In this document: in pieces, positions 50,034 to 59,963 of the stretch
Layout: each line of letters starts with the position of its first letter
Numbering within the stretch: the first letter of the stretch is position 1
Position numbers and translations under genes: made by a program
Source of the DNA: an uncultured delta proteobacterium
Lineage (GTDB): Bacteria > Desulfobacterota > Syntrophia > Syntrophales > Smithellaceae
Reading direction: 5' to 3'
DNA length: 64,000 bases
NCBI GenBank assembly: GCA_963753975.1
Contig: CAVWEH010000004.1
Location: 1-64,000, forward strand
The notes under the pieces: generated by a model
Databases searched by the model: none
What the model was told of the DNA's origin: nothing
What the model saw: the letters and a program-made list of their open reading frames with translations, nothing else

Positions 50034-51002
50034 CTAAGGAGAAATTTTGGAGAATTTTTGTTTTTCATCTTCGGCCAATAAGCAGCCGGCAGCACAGATA
50101 TCCGCGCATTCACCGTCACATGGTTCAATATGAATTGTAATAACCGAATCGGGAAATCTTCGTCTGATTTTTAATTTTAATCCTTTAGTAATATTGTGGG
50201 AATCGACCACTGACATTTGCGGATTAACTTTAATATGAAATTCTATAAAACGAATATGCCCTGCTTTGCGTGTTTTCAACTGATGAAAACCATGAATGGA
50301 TGGCTGACAGCTTACAATTACATTGCGAATCCAATCCTCTTCTTCCGGCGGCAACTGGACATCCATTAAATCGCGAATAGAGTTTGCAGTTAATTCGTAA
50401 GCTGCACGCAAGATAATGACGGCAACAAATATAGCGGCGATCGGATCAAGCCAGTGTATCTTCGGATCGGGGAAAAGACTATGACCGATCCAAATCAATC
50501 CCAGGCTAATCATAACGCCCACGGAAGTATATACATCCGTCCGTAAATGCCAGGCGTCGGACTGGAGGGCAATGGAATCAGCTTCCTTACCTATTTGGAA
50601 AAGTTTCCGGGAAACAATAAAATTGACGACAGCGGAAAAGAACATAACCACAACTCCCCAGCCGGGAGCGTCTAGGGTTTGCGAAGAACTTATTTTTTTT
50701 ATGGCCTCGAATATAATCCAAAATGCCGCAACAAAAATAAGCGCCGCTTCCACCAAACCCGATATGTTTTCTATTTTTCCATGACCGAAGGGGTGCCGCT
50801 CATCAGCAGGGACACTGGAGGTTTTTACCGAAAACATGGCGATAATGGCAGCCAACAGATCCATGCCCGAATGAATGGCCTCCGATATTATTGAAACAGA
50901 ACCAATTAAAACACCGACAATTACTTTAAATAAAACTAAAAAGGAATTGGAAACGACTGATAATATCGCCACTCTTTCTTTGCGCTGCTGTAGAGACATC
51001 AA
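50034..51002 (-). CDS. Cation diffusion facilitator (FieF-like) with Cys-rich C-terminus
   Basis: SEAIHS..D, HPFGHGK.E, DAWHLRTD, HIEPCDGECADICAAGC. Confidence 0.95.
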   Translation of the reverse strand: MMSLQQRKERVAILSVVSNSFLVLFKVIVGVLIGSVSIISEAIHSGMDLLAAIIAMFSVKTSSVPADERHPFGHGKIENISGLVEAALIFVAAFWIIFEAIKKISSSQTLDAPGWGVVVMFFSAVVNFIVSRKLFQIGKEADSIALQSDAWHLRTDVYTSVGVMISLGLIWIGHSLFPDPKIHWLDPIAAIFVAVIILRAAYELTANSIRDLMDVQLPPEEEDWIRNVIVSCQPSIHGFHQLKTRKAGHIRFIEFHIKVNPQMSVVDSHNITKGLKLKIRRRFPDSVITIHIEPCDGECADICAAGCLLAEDEKQKFSKISP

Positions 51003-51091
51003 TTTAATTCTCCCGAAGTGGTTTTTACACTCTGTTTCAATATATCACGGCAGGGAATTGATTTCCCGCAAATTTTAAGTCGCCCGAAAAT

Positions 51092-51325
51092 AAGTGGAGC
51101 CCCCTCCGGTCGCAGATGTCCTTTAGGTTACAGGAGCCGGAAGCTTCCTAAAATAGTGAGACCCAAGCTTCAGAAACAAAGCGCATAACCTAAAGGTCAC
51201 GTCACTGCTGAAGCTTGCAGGTCGAATTATCCCGCAAAGCAGAGGACAGCGCGCCCTCCCGCGGTTCACGGCGCTTTCCTCTCCCTGCCGGAGCAGCGGA
51301 ATTCCAAGTCGCGGAATTGATTTCC
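51092..51325. ncRNA. Candidate structured non-coding element, copy B (long form)
   Basis: Homologous blocks to 7039-7157; stems CAAGCTTCAG/CTGAAGCTTG, AGAGGA/TCCTCT, CTCCGG+CAGG/CCTGCCGGAG. Confidence 0.55.
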
Positions 51326-51388
51326 TTTGCAACCAGTTCAAATTATGGTAGTATAAGTACCTTAATTTACTTTTAATTAATTACATAT

Positions 51389-52498
51389 ATGAATAGAAGC
51401 AAAAATGGAAATGTTTTGTCCTTTTTTAAAAATGCCACGGTCAGAGATTGGCAAGACTGGCGTTGGCAATTCAAAAATCGCCTTACAAAAGTGACACAAT
51501 TAGATCATTTAGATCATTTTCCAAGCAAATCACGGCTGCGGATGGAAAAGTTAAACGCCGTAACAGTTGTTTATCCAATGGCCGTAACTCCATATTATTT
51601 ATCACTTATTCAAATTGATGACGAAAACGATCCGGTCCGCGCCCAGTGCTTTCCGGATTTGCGGGAAATTTCTTGTCATAAGGACTATCCGGACGACCCA
51701 CTGGAAGAAGACATCCATATGCCGGTACCCAAACTAATACACCGCTATCCTGATCGCTGCCTTGCCATTGTTACTGAAGTTTGTCTTACTTATTGTCGAC
51801 ATTGCAATCGCAAGCGTTTCTGGTCGCAATCGGCACACCTTAGTTTAAAAACACGCCTAAAAAAAATTATCCCCTACATTTCTGAATCGCGGCAAATCAG
51901 AGAAGTTATTATCTCCGGCGGTGATCCGCTTATTTTTGACGATCAAGCGATAGAAACTTTGCTGGCCTCGCTAAAAGCGATACCGCACATTGAAGTTTTA
52001 CGTATAGGCAGTCGCGCCCCCGTTGTCATGCCTATGCGTATTACCAAAGAATTTTGCCGGATGCTCAAACGCTACCGGCCCTTATGGTTTAACACGCAAT
52101 TTAATCATCCGGCTGAAATCACCCCCGAATCCAAACAAGCCTGCAATATGATCCAAGAATCAGGAATTCCCGTTTCTAACCAGTCCGTTTTACTCCGGGG
52201 CGTAAATGACTCACCGGATGTAATGCGCAACTTACTTTACGGCTTGCAAAAGATAGCAGTTCGTCCTTATTATCTTTTCCATTGTGACCCGGTTAAAGGA
52301 TGCGAACACTTCCATACCGATTTAAAATCAGGAATAACTTTGATGGAAAAAATATGGAGTCAGTGCTCCGGTTTGAGTCTGCCTCAATACGTTCTTGATT
52401 TGCCGGGAAGTACGGGAAAGATGCCCCTTAATACAATGTCCGAAACGATAAAAAAAGACCGGCAAATGCACCAACATTATTTTGACAAGTTTATATAA
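51389..52498 (+). CDS. epmB: KamA-family lysine 2,3-aminomutase (EF-P beta-lysylation, EpmB-like)
   Basis: WQDWRWQ, HRYPDR, CLTYCRHCNR, SGGDPL, NQSVLLRGVND; adjacent to efp and epmA. Confidence 0.88.
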   Translation: MNRSKNGNVLSFFKNATVRDWQDWRWQFKNRLTKVTQLDHLDHFPSKSRLRMEKLNAVTVVYPMAVTPYYLSLIQIDDENDPVRAQCFPDLREISCHKDYPDDPLEEDIHMPVPKLIHRYPDRCLAIVTEVCLTYCRHCNRKRFWSQSAHLSLKTRLKKIIPYISESRQIREVIISGGDPLIFDDQAIETLLASLKAIPHIEVLRIGSRAPVVMPMRITKEFCRMLKRYRPLWFNTQFNHPAEITPESKQACNMIQESGIPVSNQSVLLRGVNDSPDVMRNLLYGLQKIAVRPYYLFHCDPVKGCEHFHTDLKSGITLMEKIWSQCSGLSLPQYVLDLPGSTGKMPLNTMSETIKKDRQMHQHYFDKFI

Positions 52499-52566
52499 AT
52501 AGATTAGTAAGAACGAAAAATTAGTCATACAAAATCATAAAATTTAGGGTATAGGGAGAAAATCTT

Positions 52567-53130
52567 ATGTACACCGCGAGCGATTTAAAAAAAGGATTGC
52601 GGCTGAAAATCGATAACGAGCCATATATTATCACCGAATTCAATTTTGTCAAACCGGGCAAGGGGCAAGCGCTCTACCGCACGAAGCTGAAAAACATGAT
52701 CACCGGAAGCCAGTTCGAAAGATCTTTCCGTTCAGTAGATACCTTCGAATCGGCAGACTTGCGAGAAAAGAAGATGCAATATTTATATAAGGAGGGAGAT
52801 AAATACTGCTTCATGGATAATGAAAATTTCGAGCAAATTTATTTAACGGAAAGTCAAATCGGTGACGCCAAAAACTTTTTAATTGATAATATCGAAGCGG
52901 AAATCTTGCTCTTTGAAGACCGTCCCATCGGCATTAGCCTGCCCAACTTCGTTGATTTAGTGGTTACCGAAGCTGAACCCTGGGCCAAGGGTGATACGGT
53001 ATCCGGCGCCACAAAACCGGTTAAAGTCCAGACCGGATATACGATTCAGGTACCGACCTTCGTTAGCGAAGGAGAAAAAATCCGGATTGACACACGCACG
53101 GGGGAATACCTGACCAGAGTTAAAGGTTAA
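52567..53130 (+). CDS. efp: Elongation factor P
   Basis: VKPGKGQA (modifiable Lys), KGDT, DTRTGEYLTRV. Confidence 0.99.
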   Translation: MYTASDLKKGLRLKIDNEPYIITEFNFVKPGKGQALYRTKLKNMITGSQFERSFRSVDTFESADLREKKMQYLYKEGDKYCFMDNENFEQIYLTESQIGDAKNFLIDNIEAEILLFEDRPIGISLPNFVDLVVTEAEPWAKGDTVSGATKPVKVQTGYTIQVPTFVSEGEKIRIDTRTGEYLTRVKG

Positions 53131-53136
53131 TTTCTT

Positions 53137-54075
53137 TTGACCGAATCATATTCAGATGACAACTTTTTATTGGCACGTAAGTCACAAGCTCTGCACCTGC
53201 GCGCCAGACTAATTCAATGTATCCGTCTTTTTTTTATTGAACATGGATTTTTAGAAGTAGAAACTCCGCTGAGAATCCCATCACCCGCACCGGAAGAACA
53301 TATTGAAGCATTTCCTTCGGGCAATTGGTTTTTACAAACCTCCCCTGAACTTTACATGAAAAGGCTTCTGGCTTCCGGTTTTCCGCTGATTTTTCAAATC
53401 AGCAAATGTTTTCGCGCAGGCGAAAGAGGCAGCCTGCACTTGCCGGAATTCACTATGCTGGAATGGTATGTTGCCGGATTCGATTACTGGCAACTCATGT
53501 CACAATGCGAAGAGATGATCTTTGCGGTGGCGAATAACATGGACATTGCTGGACATTGTTTCTTTCGTAATAAAAAAATAAATTTGATACCGCCTTGGGG
53601 GAAAATTACCGTGCAGGAAGCTTTTGAAAAATACGCGCCGGTTACCCTGGAAGAAGCTCTCGTTGCCGATAAATTTGATGAAACCTTGGTTGATTATATC
53701 GAACCTCGACTGGGTATTAATAGACCTGTATTCCTTTATGACTATCCGGCAAAATTGGCCTCTCTCGCTAAATTAAAGAGAAGTGATCCATCTGTAAGCG
53801 AGCGCTTTGAGCTTTATATCGGCGGCATGGAGATTGCCAACGGTTTTTCCGAATTGAATGATGCCAAAGAACAGCGACAGAGGTTTGAAGAAGCCTTGCG
53901 GCGCCGCGCTAAAAAGAATTGGACGCAATATTCCATGCCGGAAAAATTCTTGAACTCACTAACCAGCTTGCCACCCAGTGCAGGCATTGCCTTAGGCGTT
54001 GACCGTTTGGCCATGATCGTCGCCAACGTTTTACAAATCGACGATATGATCTATTTTACACCGGAGATGCTTTAA
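53137..54075 (+). CDS. epmA: EF-P lysine aminoacylase
   Basis: LQTSPELYMKRLL, HLPEFTMLEWY, ERFELY, GIALGVDRL; no anticodon domain. Confidence 0.95.
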   Translation: MTESYSDDNFLLARKSQALHLRARLIQCIRLFFIEHGFLEVETPLRIPSPAPEEHIEAFPSGNWFLQTSPELYMKRLLASGFPLIFQISKCFRAGERGSLHLPEFTMLEWYVAGFDYWQLMSQCEEMIFAVANNMDIAGHCFFRNKKINLIPPWGKITVQEAFEKYAPVTLEEALVADKFDETLVDYIEPRLGINRPVFLYDYPAKLASLAKLKRSDPSVSERFELYIGGMEIANGFSELNDAKEQRQRFEEALRRRAKKNWTQYSMPEKFLNSLTSLPPSAGIALGVDRLAMIVANVLQIDDMIYFTPEML

Positions 54076-54182
54076 ATTCAGCAAGCTATTTTTAATATAC
54101 GGCAATTTCAAATCTCTCCAAAGGGTTGCTCACTGACCATCCTTTGCAAACGGATAGACGTGGCAAAACCAAAAAAGATTCA

Positions 54183-54211
54183 TTGACAAGGGCATAATTT
54201 TCCTTTAGGTT
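54183..54211 (+). promoter_or_regulatory. Candidate sigma70 promoter of tolQ
   Basis: TTGACA-17 nt-TAGGTT. Confidence 0.5.
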
Positions 54212-54248
54212 ACGCTCCGAGTTTCAATTACATTTTGGAGATAAAAAC

Positions 54249-54971
54249 GTGAAAGATATTGGTTCTTTAGATTTAAGTGGTAATTTTCATGGTAGCCTTT
54301 TAGGCATGGTCCTTGATGCCGGGCTCATGGTTAAATTTGTCTTGCTGATCCTGCTCATTTTTTCTGTCGTTTCCTGGGCGATCATTTTCTTGAAATACAA
54401 ATATTATCGTAACATTAAAAAAGAAAATGACGAATTTAATTCGGACTATATGCGTAGCAGCAAACTATCCGATATTCACCTGGCTGCTAAAAAATATAAA
54501 GCTTCTACAATGGCAGAAGTTTTCCGTGTCGGTTATGAGGAACTCACAAAAATAAATAAACCCCTGAAGGAATCGGAACATGCGGCTGATGAAATTAGTC
54601 TTTCCTCCTTGGATAATGTGGAGAGATCTCTAAACAACGCCGGCAACACGGAAATGACTAAGCTGGAAAGCGCCTTAGGATTCCTCGCCACAACCGGTTC
54701 GGCCAGTCCCTTTATTGGCTTATTCGGCACAGTATGGGGTATTATGGACACTTTTCAAGGGATAGGCGCACGTGGTTCAGCAACTCTAGCTGTTGTCGCC
54801 CCCGGCATTTCCGAAGCTCTTATTGCCACAGCTGCGGGACTTGCCGCGGCTATACCGGCTGTCATTTTTTATAATTACTTTTTGAATAAGTCCAAAACAA
54901 TGGTTCAGGAAATGGATAATTTTGCCGCCGAATTTTTAAACATTGTCGAGCGGTATTTTGTTCGCAAATAA
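54249..54971 (+). CDS. tolQ: TolQ
   Basis: LATTGSASPFIGLFGTVWGIM, VAPGISEALIATAAGL. Confidence 0.96.
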   Translation: MKDIGSLDLSGNFHGSLLGMVLDAGLMVKFVLLILLIFSVVSWAIIFLKYKYYRNIKKENDEFNSDYMRSSKLSDIHLAAKKYKASTMAEVFRVGYEELTKINKPLKESEHAADEISLSSLDNVERSLNNAGNTEMTKLESALGFLATTGSASPFIGLFGTVWGIMDTFQGIGARGSATLAVVAPGISEALIATAAGLAAAIPAVIFYNYFLNKSKTMVQEMDNFAAEFLNIVERYFVRK

Positions 54972-54992
54972 ATGTTTAGGAATTAATCAGTC

Positions 54993-55415
54993 ATGCGCAG
55001 CTTACGTAAAAGAAACACCGGGAATAAAGCTCTGGCGGAAATTAACGTTACTCCTTTAGTCGATGTTGTGTTGGTTCTCTTAATTATTTTTATGGTTACG
55101 GCCCCAATGCTTTCCATGGGCATTGACGTCAACCTGCCGAAAGTCAAATCCAGGAGTGTCGATGTCACTGAAGAAAAACTTGTCTTAACTATCACCGAAG
55201 CCAGAGAAATATTTTTGAATAAAACCAAGATGCAACTTGGCGAACTAAATTCAAAGCTCGAAGCAATTTTTTCCAACAGAATCGATCGCGAGGTTTTTCT
55301 GCGAGCCGATAAAAATGTTCCTTACGGATTTGTTGTCGAAGTCATGTCGGAAGTGCGCAAAGCCGGCGTTGATAAATTAGGACTGATTACGGAACCGCCC
55401 GAGGGAGCAAAATGA
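54993..55415 (+). CDS. tolR: TolR
   Basis: EINVTPLVDVVLVLLIIFMVTAP, LRADKNVPYG. Confidence 0.95.
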   Translation: MRSLRKRNTGNKALAEINVTPLVDVVLVLLIIFMVTAPMLSMGIDVNLPKVKSRSVDVTEEKLVLTITEAREIFLNKTKMQLGELNSKLEAIFSNRIDREVFLRADKNVPYGFVVEVMSEVRKAGVDKLGLITEPPEGAK

Positions 55416-56146
55416 AGCCCCGGATGCTTAATAAAGGCTTTCGCGGCAATACCGGCGGCAACATTTACAACATGGTTTTCCTCTCTGCAATAATCCATTT
55501 GGTCGTTATTACTGCGGTTCTTATCGCGGTTCCTTCATCCTCGAAACATTTGACTTTTGGGCCTGTTTATTCTGTCCAACTTGTGGGTCCCGACATAACG
55601 CTGCCAAGAGATTCATCTCTGATGCAGGATATTCTGCAAACAAATGAGCCGGCAAGCCCAATAATATTAAAGAGGGAAGTTACGGGCCTTACTGCGACAC
55701 CAACCAAGAAAGAAGAAACCAACAAATTAAATATTGAGAAAGCTGTCAGCGCAATCAAGCAAAAAGATTTAAATCAGCAGAAAGCTTCTGCCGCAAATTC
55801 TAAAACAGGTGTTTCTGCCTCTGTTAAGGGAGGGAGTCCACAGGCAGAAGCTAATTCACAAAAGAATGAATATACAGCAATTATCCGTTCACGGATTAAA
55901 GGAAACTGGAGCCTGCCGCCGGCGTTGATGCCTAAAGAAAATATAGAAACAATCATCGACGTCAGAATCTCGCGCAACGGCGTTCTGGAATATATCGGCT
56001 TGGAAAAAAACTCGGGTAACCGCTACTTTGATGATTCTGCCCTCAAAGCGGTTAAGAAATCCAGTCCTTTCCCGCCATTTGCGTCCTTTCTCATAGATAA
56101 CTATATTGAAATCGGCATCCGTTTTCATTCTGCAGAATTACGCTAA
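55412..56146 (+). CDS. tolA: TolA/TonB C-terminal domain protein (short TolA)
   Basis: TM with SAIIH, C-terminal SGNRYFDDSALKAV..SSPFPP; lies between tolR and tolB. Confidence 0.8.
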   Translation: MKPRMLNKGFRGNTGGNIYNMVFLSAIIHLVVITAVLIAVPSSSKHLTFGPVYSVQLVGPDITLPRDSSLMQDILQTNEPASPIILKREVTGLTATPTKKEETNKLNIEKAVSAIKQKDLNQQKASAANSKTGVSASVKGGSPQAEANSQKNEYTAIIRSRIKGNWSLPPALMPKENIETIIDVRISRNGVLEYIGLEKNSGNRYFDDSALKAVKKSSPFPPFASFLIDNYIEIGIRFHSAELR

Positions 56147-56173
56147 AAAAGGAAAAGTAAAACTAAACTCTTA

Positions 56174-57499
56174 ATGAAAATAATAAACTCAACAATAGCT
56201 TTTATAGTGTTTCTCTGCGGATTCCTAATTTTCGCCAATAGCGCCTCCGCAAAGATTTATATTGACATAGATTCCCCTAACTTTCAGCAATTCCCTATAG
56301 CCATTTGCGACTTCAACAACTTATCAACACGTGCCGAGGAACCATCTGAAATAGGCGTCACTCTCGCTGACGAAATCAAAAAATATTTGGCAATGACCGG
56401 CATTTTCAACATTTTAAATAAGAAAAGTTTCTTAGAAGAAAAAAATACCGCGAATTTGGCGGTAATAGAAAATATTCGTTTTTCTGATTGGGCAACTATC
56501 GGGGCCGACTATTTACTTCGAGGAAACATAACTGGAAGCGATAAAAAAATTATTGCCGAGTGCCGCTTTTTCGACGTTACCAAGGGAGAATCTCTGTTTA
56601 ATAAGAAATACGATTTTAAAATCGGCGAGGAAAAAGAGATTGCAAAAAAGGTGGCTTCTGATATTTTATTTACACTTACCGGTGATGAAGGCGAGTTTAA
56701 CACCAAAATTGCGTTTATTTCTAAAAAAGCTTCCAAAGCTGATATATATACCGTCAGCTACGACGGATCAGATATAAATAACATTACCAATCATCAAACA
56801 ATTATACTTTCACCGCGTTGGTCGCCCGATGGAAATTTACTTGCTTTTACCTCTTTTAAAGATGGTCACCCCAAAGTCTATATTCGAAATCTAAAAACCG
56901 GTATGGAAAGAAAAGTGGCGTCTTTTGAAGGACTTAATTTGTGCGGTTCTTTTTCGCCGGACGGCAAAAAATTATTGTTAACTCTCAGCAAGGACGATAA
57001 CGAAGAGATATACGCCTTGGAAACAGAAACCGCAAAGCTTAAACGGCTGACTCATGACTATTCCATCGATGTGTCTCCGACCTGGTCGCCGGACGGCCGA
57101 AAAATAGCTTTTGTTTCTAATCGCTCCGGTTCGCCCCAAATTTATACAATGGATGCTGATGGTGATAATGTAAAAAGAATAACTTATGAAGGTAATTATA
57201 ACACATCCCCTTCCTGGTCTCCACGCGGAGGCCGTATTGCTTATGAAGGAATGATCAACGGCAAATATCAAATTTTCTCCGTGGATGAAGATGGCAATAA
57301 CCTCCTGCAATTAACTTTTGATACCGCGAGGAACGAATCACCATCATGGTCACCATCGGGGCGGCAAATTGTCTACAGTTCGAAAACAGCTTCCAAAAGC
57401 AGAATTTGTATCATGAATGCGAATGGTCTAAATATAAGAATTCTTTATGAAAGCAACGATATTTTGACCATGCCTATGTGGTCGCCGCGATTTAAATAA
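56174..57499 (+). CDS. tolB: TolB beta-propeller protein
   Basis: Repeated SP.WSPDG (PD40) units. Confidence 0.96.
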   Translation: MKIINSTIAFIVFLCGFLIFANSASAKIYIDIDSPNFQQFPIAICDFNNLSTRAEEPSEIGVTLADEIKKYLAMTGIFNILNKKSFLEEKNTANLAVIENIRFSDWATIGADYLLRGNITGSDKKIIAECRFFDVTKGESLFNKKYDFKIGEEKEIAKKVASDILFTLTGDEGEFNTKIAFISKKASKADIYTVSYDGSDINNITNHQTIILSPRWSPDGNLLAFTSFKDGHPKVYIRNLKTGMERKVASFEGLNLCGSFSPDGKKLLLTLSKDDNEEIYALETETAKLKRLTHDYSIDVSPTWSPDGRKIAFVSNRSGSPQIYTMDADGDNVKRITYEGNYNTSPSWSPRGGRIAYEGMINGKYQIFSVDEDGNNLLQLTFDTARNESPSWSPSGRQIVYSSKTASKSRICIMNANGLNIRILYESNDILTMPMWSPRFK

Positions 57500-57700
57500 G
57501 TTTTTGCTTTATGAATTACATTATGATTAAGTATTAAAGTAGAAAGGGTTTTGAAAAACGGCTGTTACTTAGTAGTCTTACTAAATGTTTACAATATTTT
57601 GCAGCAATTTTTTGTTGACGGCACTGTGTTAATTGTGTTTAAGTACCAAACATTTTTTTATTATGATAAATTTATTTAGGACCAAGAAAGGAGAGCGATA

Positions 57701-58222
57701 ATGAAAGAGAATATAACGTTGGTAGGGATATCCATCATAGTTCTATTTGCGCTAATAATATTTAATGGTTGCGCCGAACAAAAGGCGGTAGTCACCGAGG
57801 GTACTACTCAGGAACAGGCTGCGCCTGCACAATCAGCCGCGACAACTTCGGAACAGTCTGCTAAAGTGGAACCGGCGGTAACAGCAGAAACTGCAGTGAA
57901 AGACATCTTCTTCGATTTTGACAAATCGAATATCCGCCCCGATGCCCGCGAAACTCTCAAAGGTGATGCCGATTTCTTGCTCAAAAATAACAACTCTAAC
58001 ATCGTTATAGAAGGACATTGCGATGAACGAGGAACTGCCGAATACAACATGGCTCTCGGGCAAAGACGAGCTCAGGAAACAAAGAAATATTTAGTCAATC
58101 TGGGTATTAAAGAACCGAGAATAAAAACTATCAGCTACGGTGAAGAACGTCCCTTCGACCCTGGCCACGATGAAGAAGCCTGGGCTAAGAACAGACGCGC
58201 CCATTTTCTTATCACTCCATAA
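57701..58222 (+). CDS. pal: Peptidoglycan-associated lipoprotein
   Basis: Lipobox [37 protein letters not shown]. Confidence 0.97.
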   Translation: MKENITLVGISIIVLFALIIFNGCAEQKAVVTEGTTQEQAAPAQSAATTSEQSAKVEPAVTAETAVKDIFFDFDKSNIRPDARETLKGDADFLLKNNNSNIVIEGHCDERGTAEYNMALGQRRAQETKKYLVNLGIKEPRIKTISYGEERPFDPGHDEEAWAKNRRAHFLITP

Positions 58223-58240
58223 TATTAATTTTTTAATGAG

Positions 58241-59065
58241 GTGAAAGACTTGAGAAATTATGTTTGTCTCTTTTTAATTGTTATAGTATTGTCGGTTACC
58301 GGTTGTGCCACTACTTCGGATTTAAAAGCAGTTAAGGCTGATTTAAACCAGAAATTGGAAGAAAAGCTGGCCGCTATGGATGCCGAGTTAGCTGCGATGA
58401 AAAAAACTTCTGCAAATTTGGAATCGATGCGCAAGGGACAAGCCAACACAGCGGCGGATATTGCAGATTTGCGGGATAATCTACAGCAACTGCGCGGTCA
58501 GGTTGAATCATTAAAAAAGGATTTCGCTGTAAACACAAAGAAGGAAGAAGAAGCCTTTGATAATATTCTTCTGAAAGTCAATTTTATCGAAAACTTTCTG
58601 GAAATAGGAAAAAAAGATGTTGTCAACGAAACTCCCGATAAAAGCAGTAAACCTACCGGGACTGCTGTTACTAAAGACCAGATAAAAAAACAAGATAATG
58701 AGAAGGCCTACTCGGCGGCTTATCAAACCTTCAAAGAAGGCAATTACGATAAGGCTCGGACCGAGTTTCAAAATTTTTTAGCTGCTTATCCAGGCAGCGA
58801 GTATTCCGATAATGCTCAATTCTGGATTGGTGAATGTTATTTTTTTGAAAAAAAATATGAGCAAGCAATTTTGGAATACGAAAAAGTAGCTAAAAATTAT
58901 CCTAACGGCGGCAAAGTTCCTTATGCTTTATTAAAGCAAGGTCTTTCCTTCTTCAAGTTGGGAGACAAAACAAGCGCAAAGTTGCTTTTACAACAGGTAA
59001 TTAAAGATTATCCGAATACCAATCAGGCACGCATAGCGCGCTCGAAACTGCAAGAAATAAAATAA
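58241..59065 (+). CDS. cpoB: Tol-Pal protein YbgF/CpoB
   Basis: Lipobox VTGC, coiled coil, TPR (DNAQFWIGECYF, ALLKQG). Confidence 0.92.
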   Translation: MKDLRNYVCLFLIVIVLSVTGCATTSDLKAVKADLNQKLEEKLAAMDAELAAMKKTSANLESMRKGQANTAADIADLRDNLQQLRGQVESLKKDFAVNTKKEEEAFDNILLKVNFIENFLEIGKKDVVNETPDKSSKPTGTAVTKDQIKKQDNEKAYSAAYQTFKEGNYDKARTEFQNFLAAYPGSEYSDNAQFWIGECYFFEKKYEQAILEYEKVAKNYPNGGKVPYALLKQGLSFFKLGDKTSAKLLLQQVIKDYPNTNQARIARSKLQEIK

Positions 59066-59085
59066 TTAATTTCTTACGGATAAAA

Positions 59086-59126
59086 ATATAAAAAAAGGGG
59101 GCAATTTAACCCCCTTTTTTTTATAT
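59086..59126. terminator. Bidirectional Rho-independent terminator
   Basis: A-tract GGGGG-CAATTTAA-CCCCC T-tract between convergent operons. Confidence 0.88.
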
Positions 59127-59133
59127 CAAGAAC

Positions 59134-59916
59134 TTAATCCAGCAAAATTAATTTCACACCTAGTGGCATCTTCAGATCAAAAATTGCGAGAGTAGTTGCC
59201 TTTTCGATTTTAGATTCGGAATACTTTACGGAAATAGAAGTTATGCCGTCAGCCATGTTGATGGTAATTTTTCCCGGAACGGGGCTATCCGGCGTATAGT
59301 CTTCGTATTTTACATCATATATTTCCTGGCCAAATTCATTTAAACTAACGAGTTTCGACAAATGATTATTCTCCCCCACCCATAATATTTGCGACTTGCC
59401 AGATGGCGATTTCATTTCTATGCGCAAAAAATTATTCTCTTGATAGCTTTGATAGGATTCAATCCCTTCCGTAATAGGAGGAAAAGCGCCGGTGAAAACC
59501 ATTACTATATCTGCAATATCAAATTGCCACGGCAGGAAACGAGCCAGATTTGCGGCGGTTGGTTTGCCGCGATAAAATTCCCCCCTGGAAGGAATAAAGA
59601 TAGACATTTCAGCCGGTGAGGAGCTCAGAAAAAAATCAGGCGTTCCGATAATCGGCAGTAGTTCCAACCTCAGATATGATGGCTTTCTAATGACTATGGC
59701 TGCCCGTACCGAATGATAACCATGAGGTGTAACCAAATCAATTTGCGCCATAGCGCTCAATACGTCATTTTCGGCCATAGCGCCGGAAACGGCCAGCAGA
59801 ACTTTTTCTATTCGAGAATCGGGCTTAATGACTGCCCGTTGAATACAGCCACTGGTAAGTATCACCGACAATAAAATAATAATTAATTTTAGCAAGCGGA
59901 AATGCATATTATACAT
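59134..59916 (-). CDS. Lipoprotein, DUF4292/LolB-like
   Basis: Lipobox TSGC; KPSYLRLELLPIIG.P beta-rich pattern; downstream of a TPR gene. Confidence 0.6.
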   Translation of the reverse strand: MYNMHFRLLKLIIILLSVILTSGCIQRAVIKPDSRIEKVLLAVSGAMAENDVLSAMAQIDLVTPHGYHSVRAAIVIRKPSYLRLELLPIIGTPDFFLSSSPAEMSIFIPSRGEFYRGKPTAANLARFLPWQFDIADIVMVFTGAFPPITEGIESYQSYQENNFLRIEMKSPSGKSQILWVGENNHLSKLVSLNEFGQEIYDVKYEDYTPDSPVPGKITINMADGITSISVKYSESKIEKATTLAIFDLKMPLGVKLILLD

Positions 59917-59963
59917 AGAGGGAATATTTTACAAAAATAATATGTGGATAAAAATTTTTACTT

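Noticed and set aside
51092..51325. Lysine, SAM, yybP-ykoY or NiCo riboswitch, or RNase P, suggested by neighbouring genes or by GAGGAAAG
   Set aside because: I could not find the diagnostic conserved cores by eye; a cmscan is still needed.
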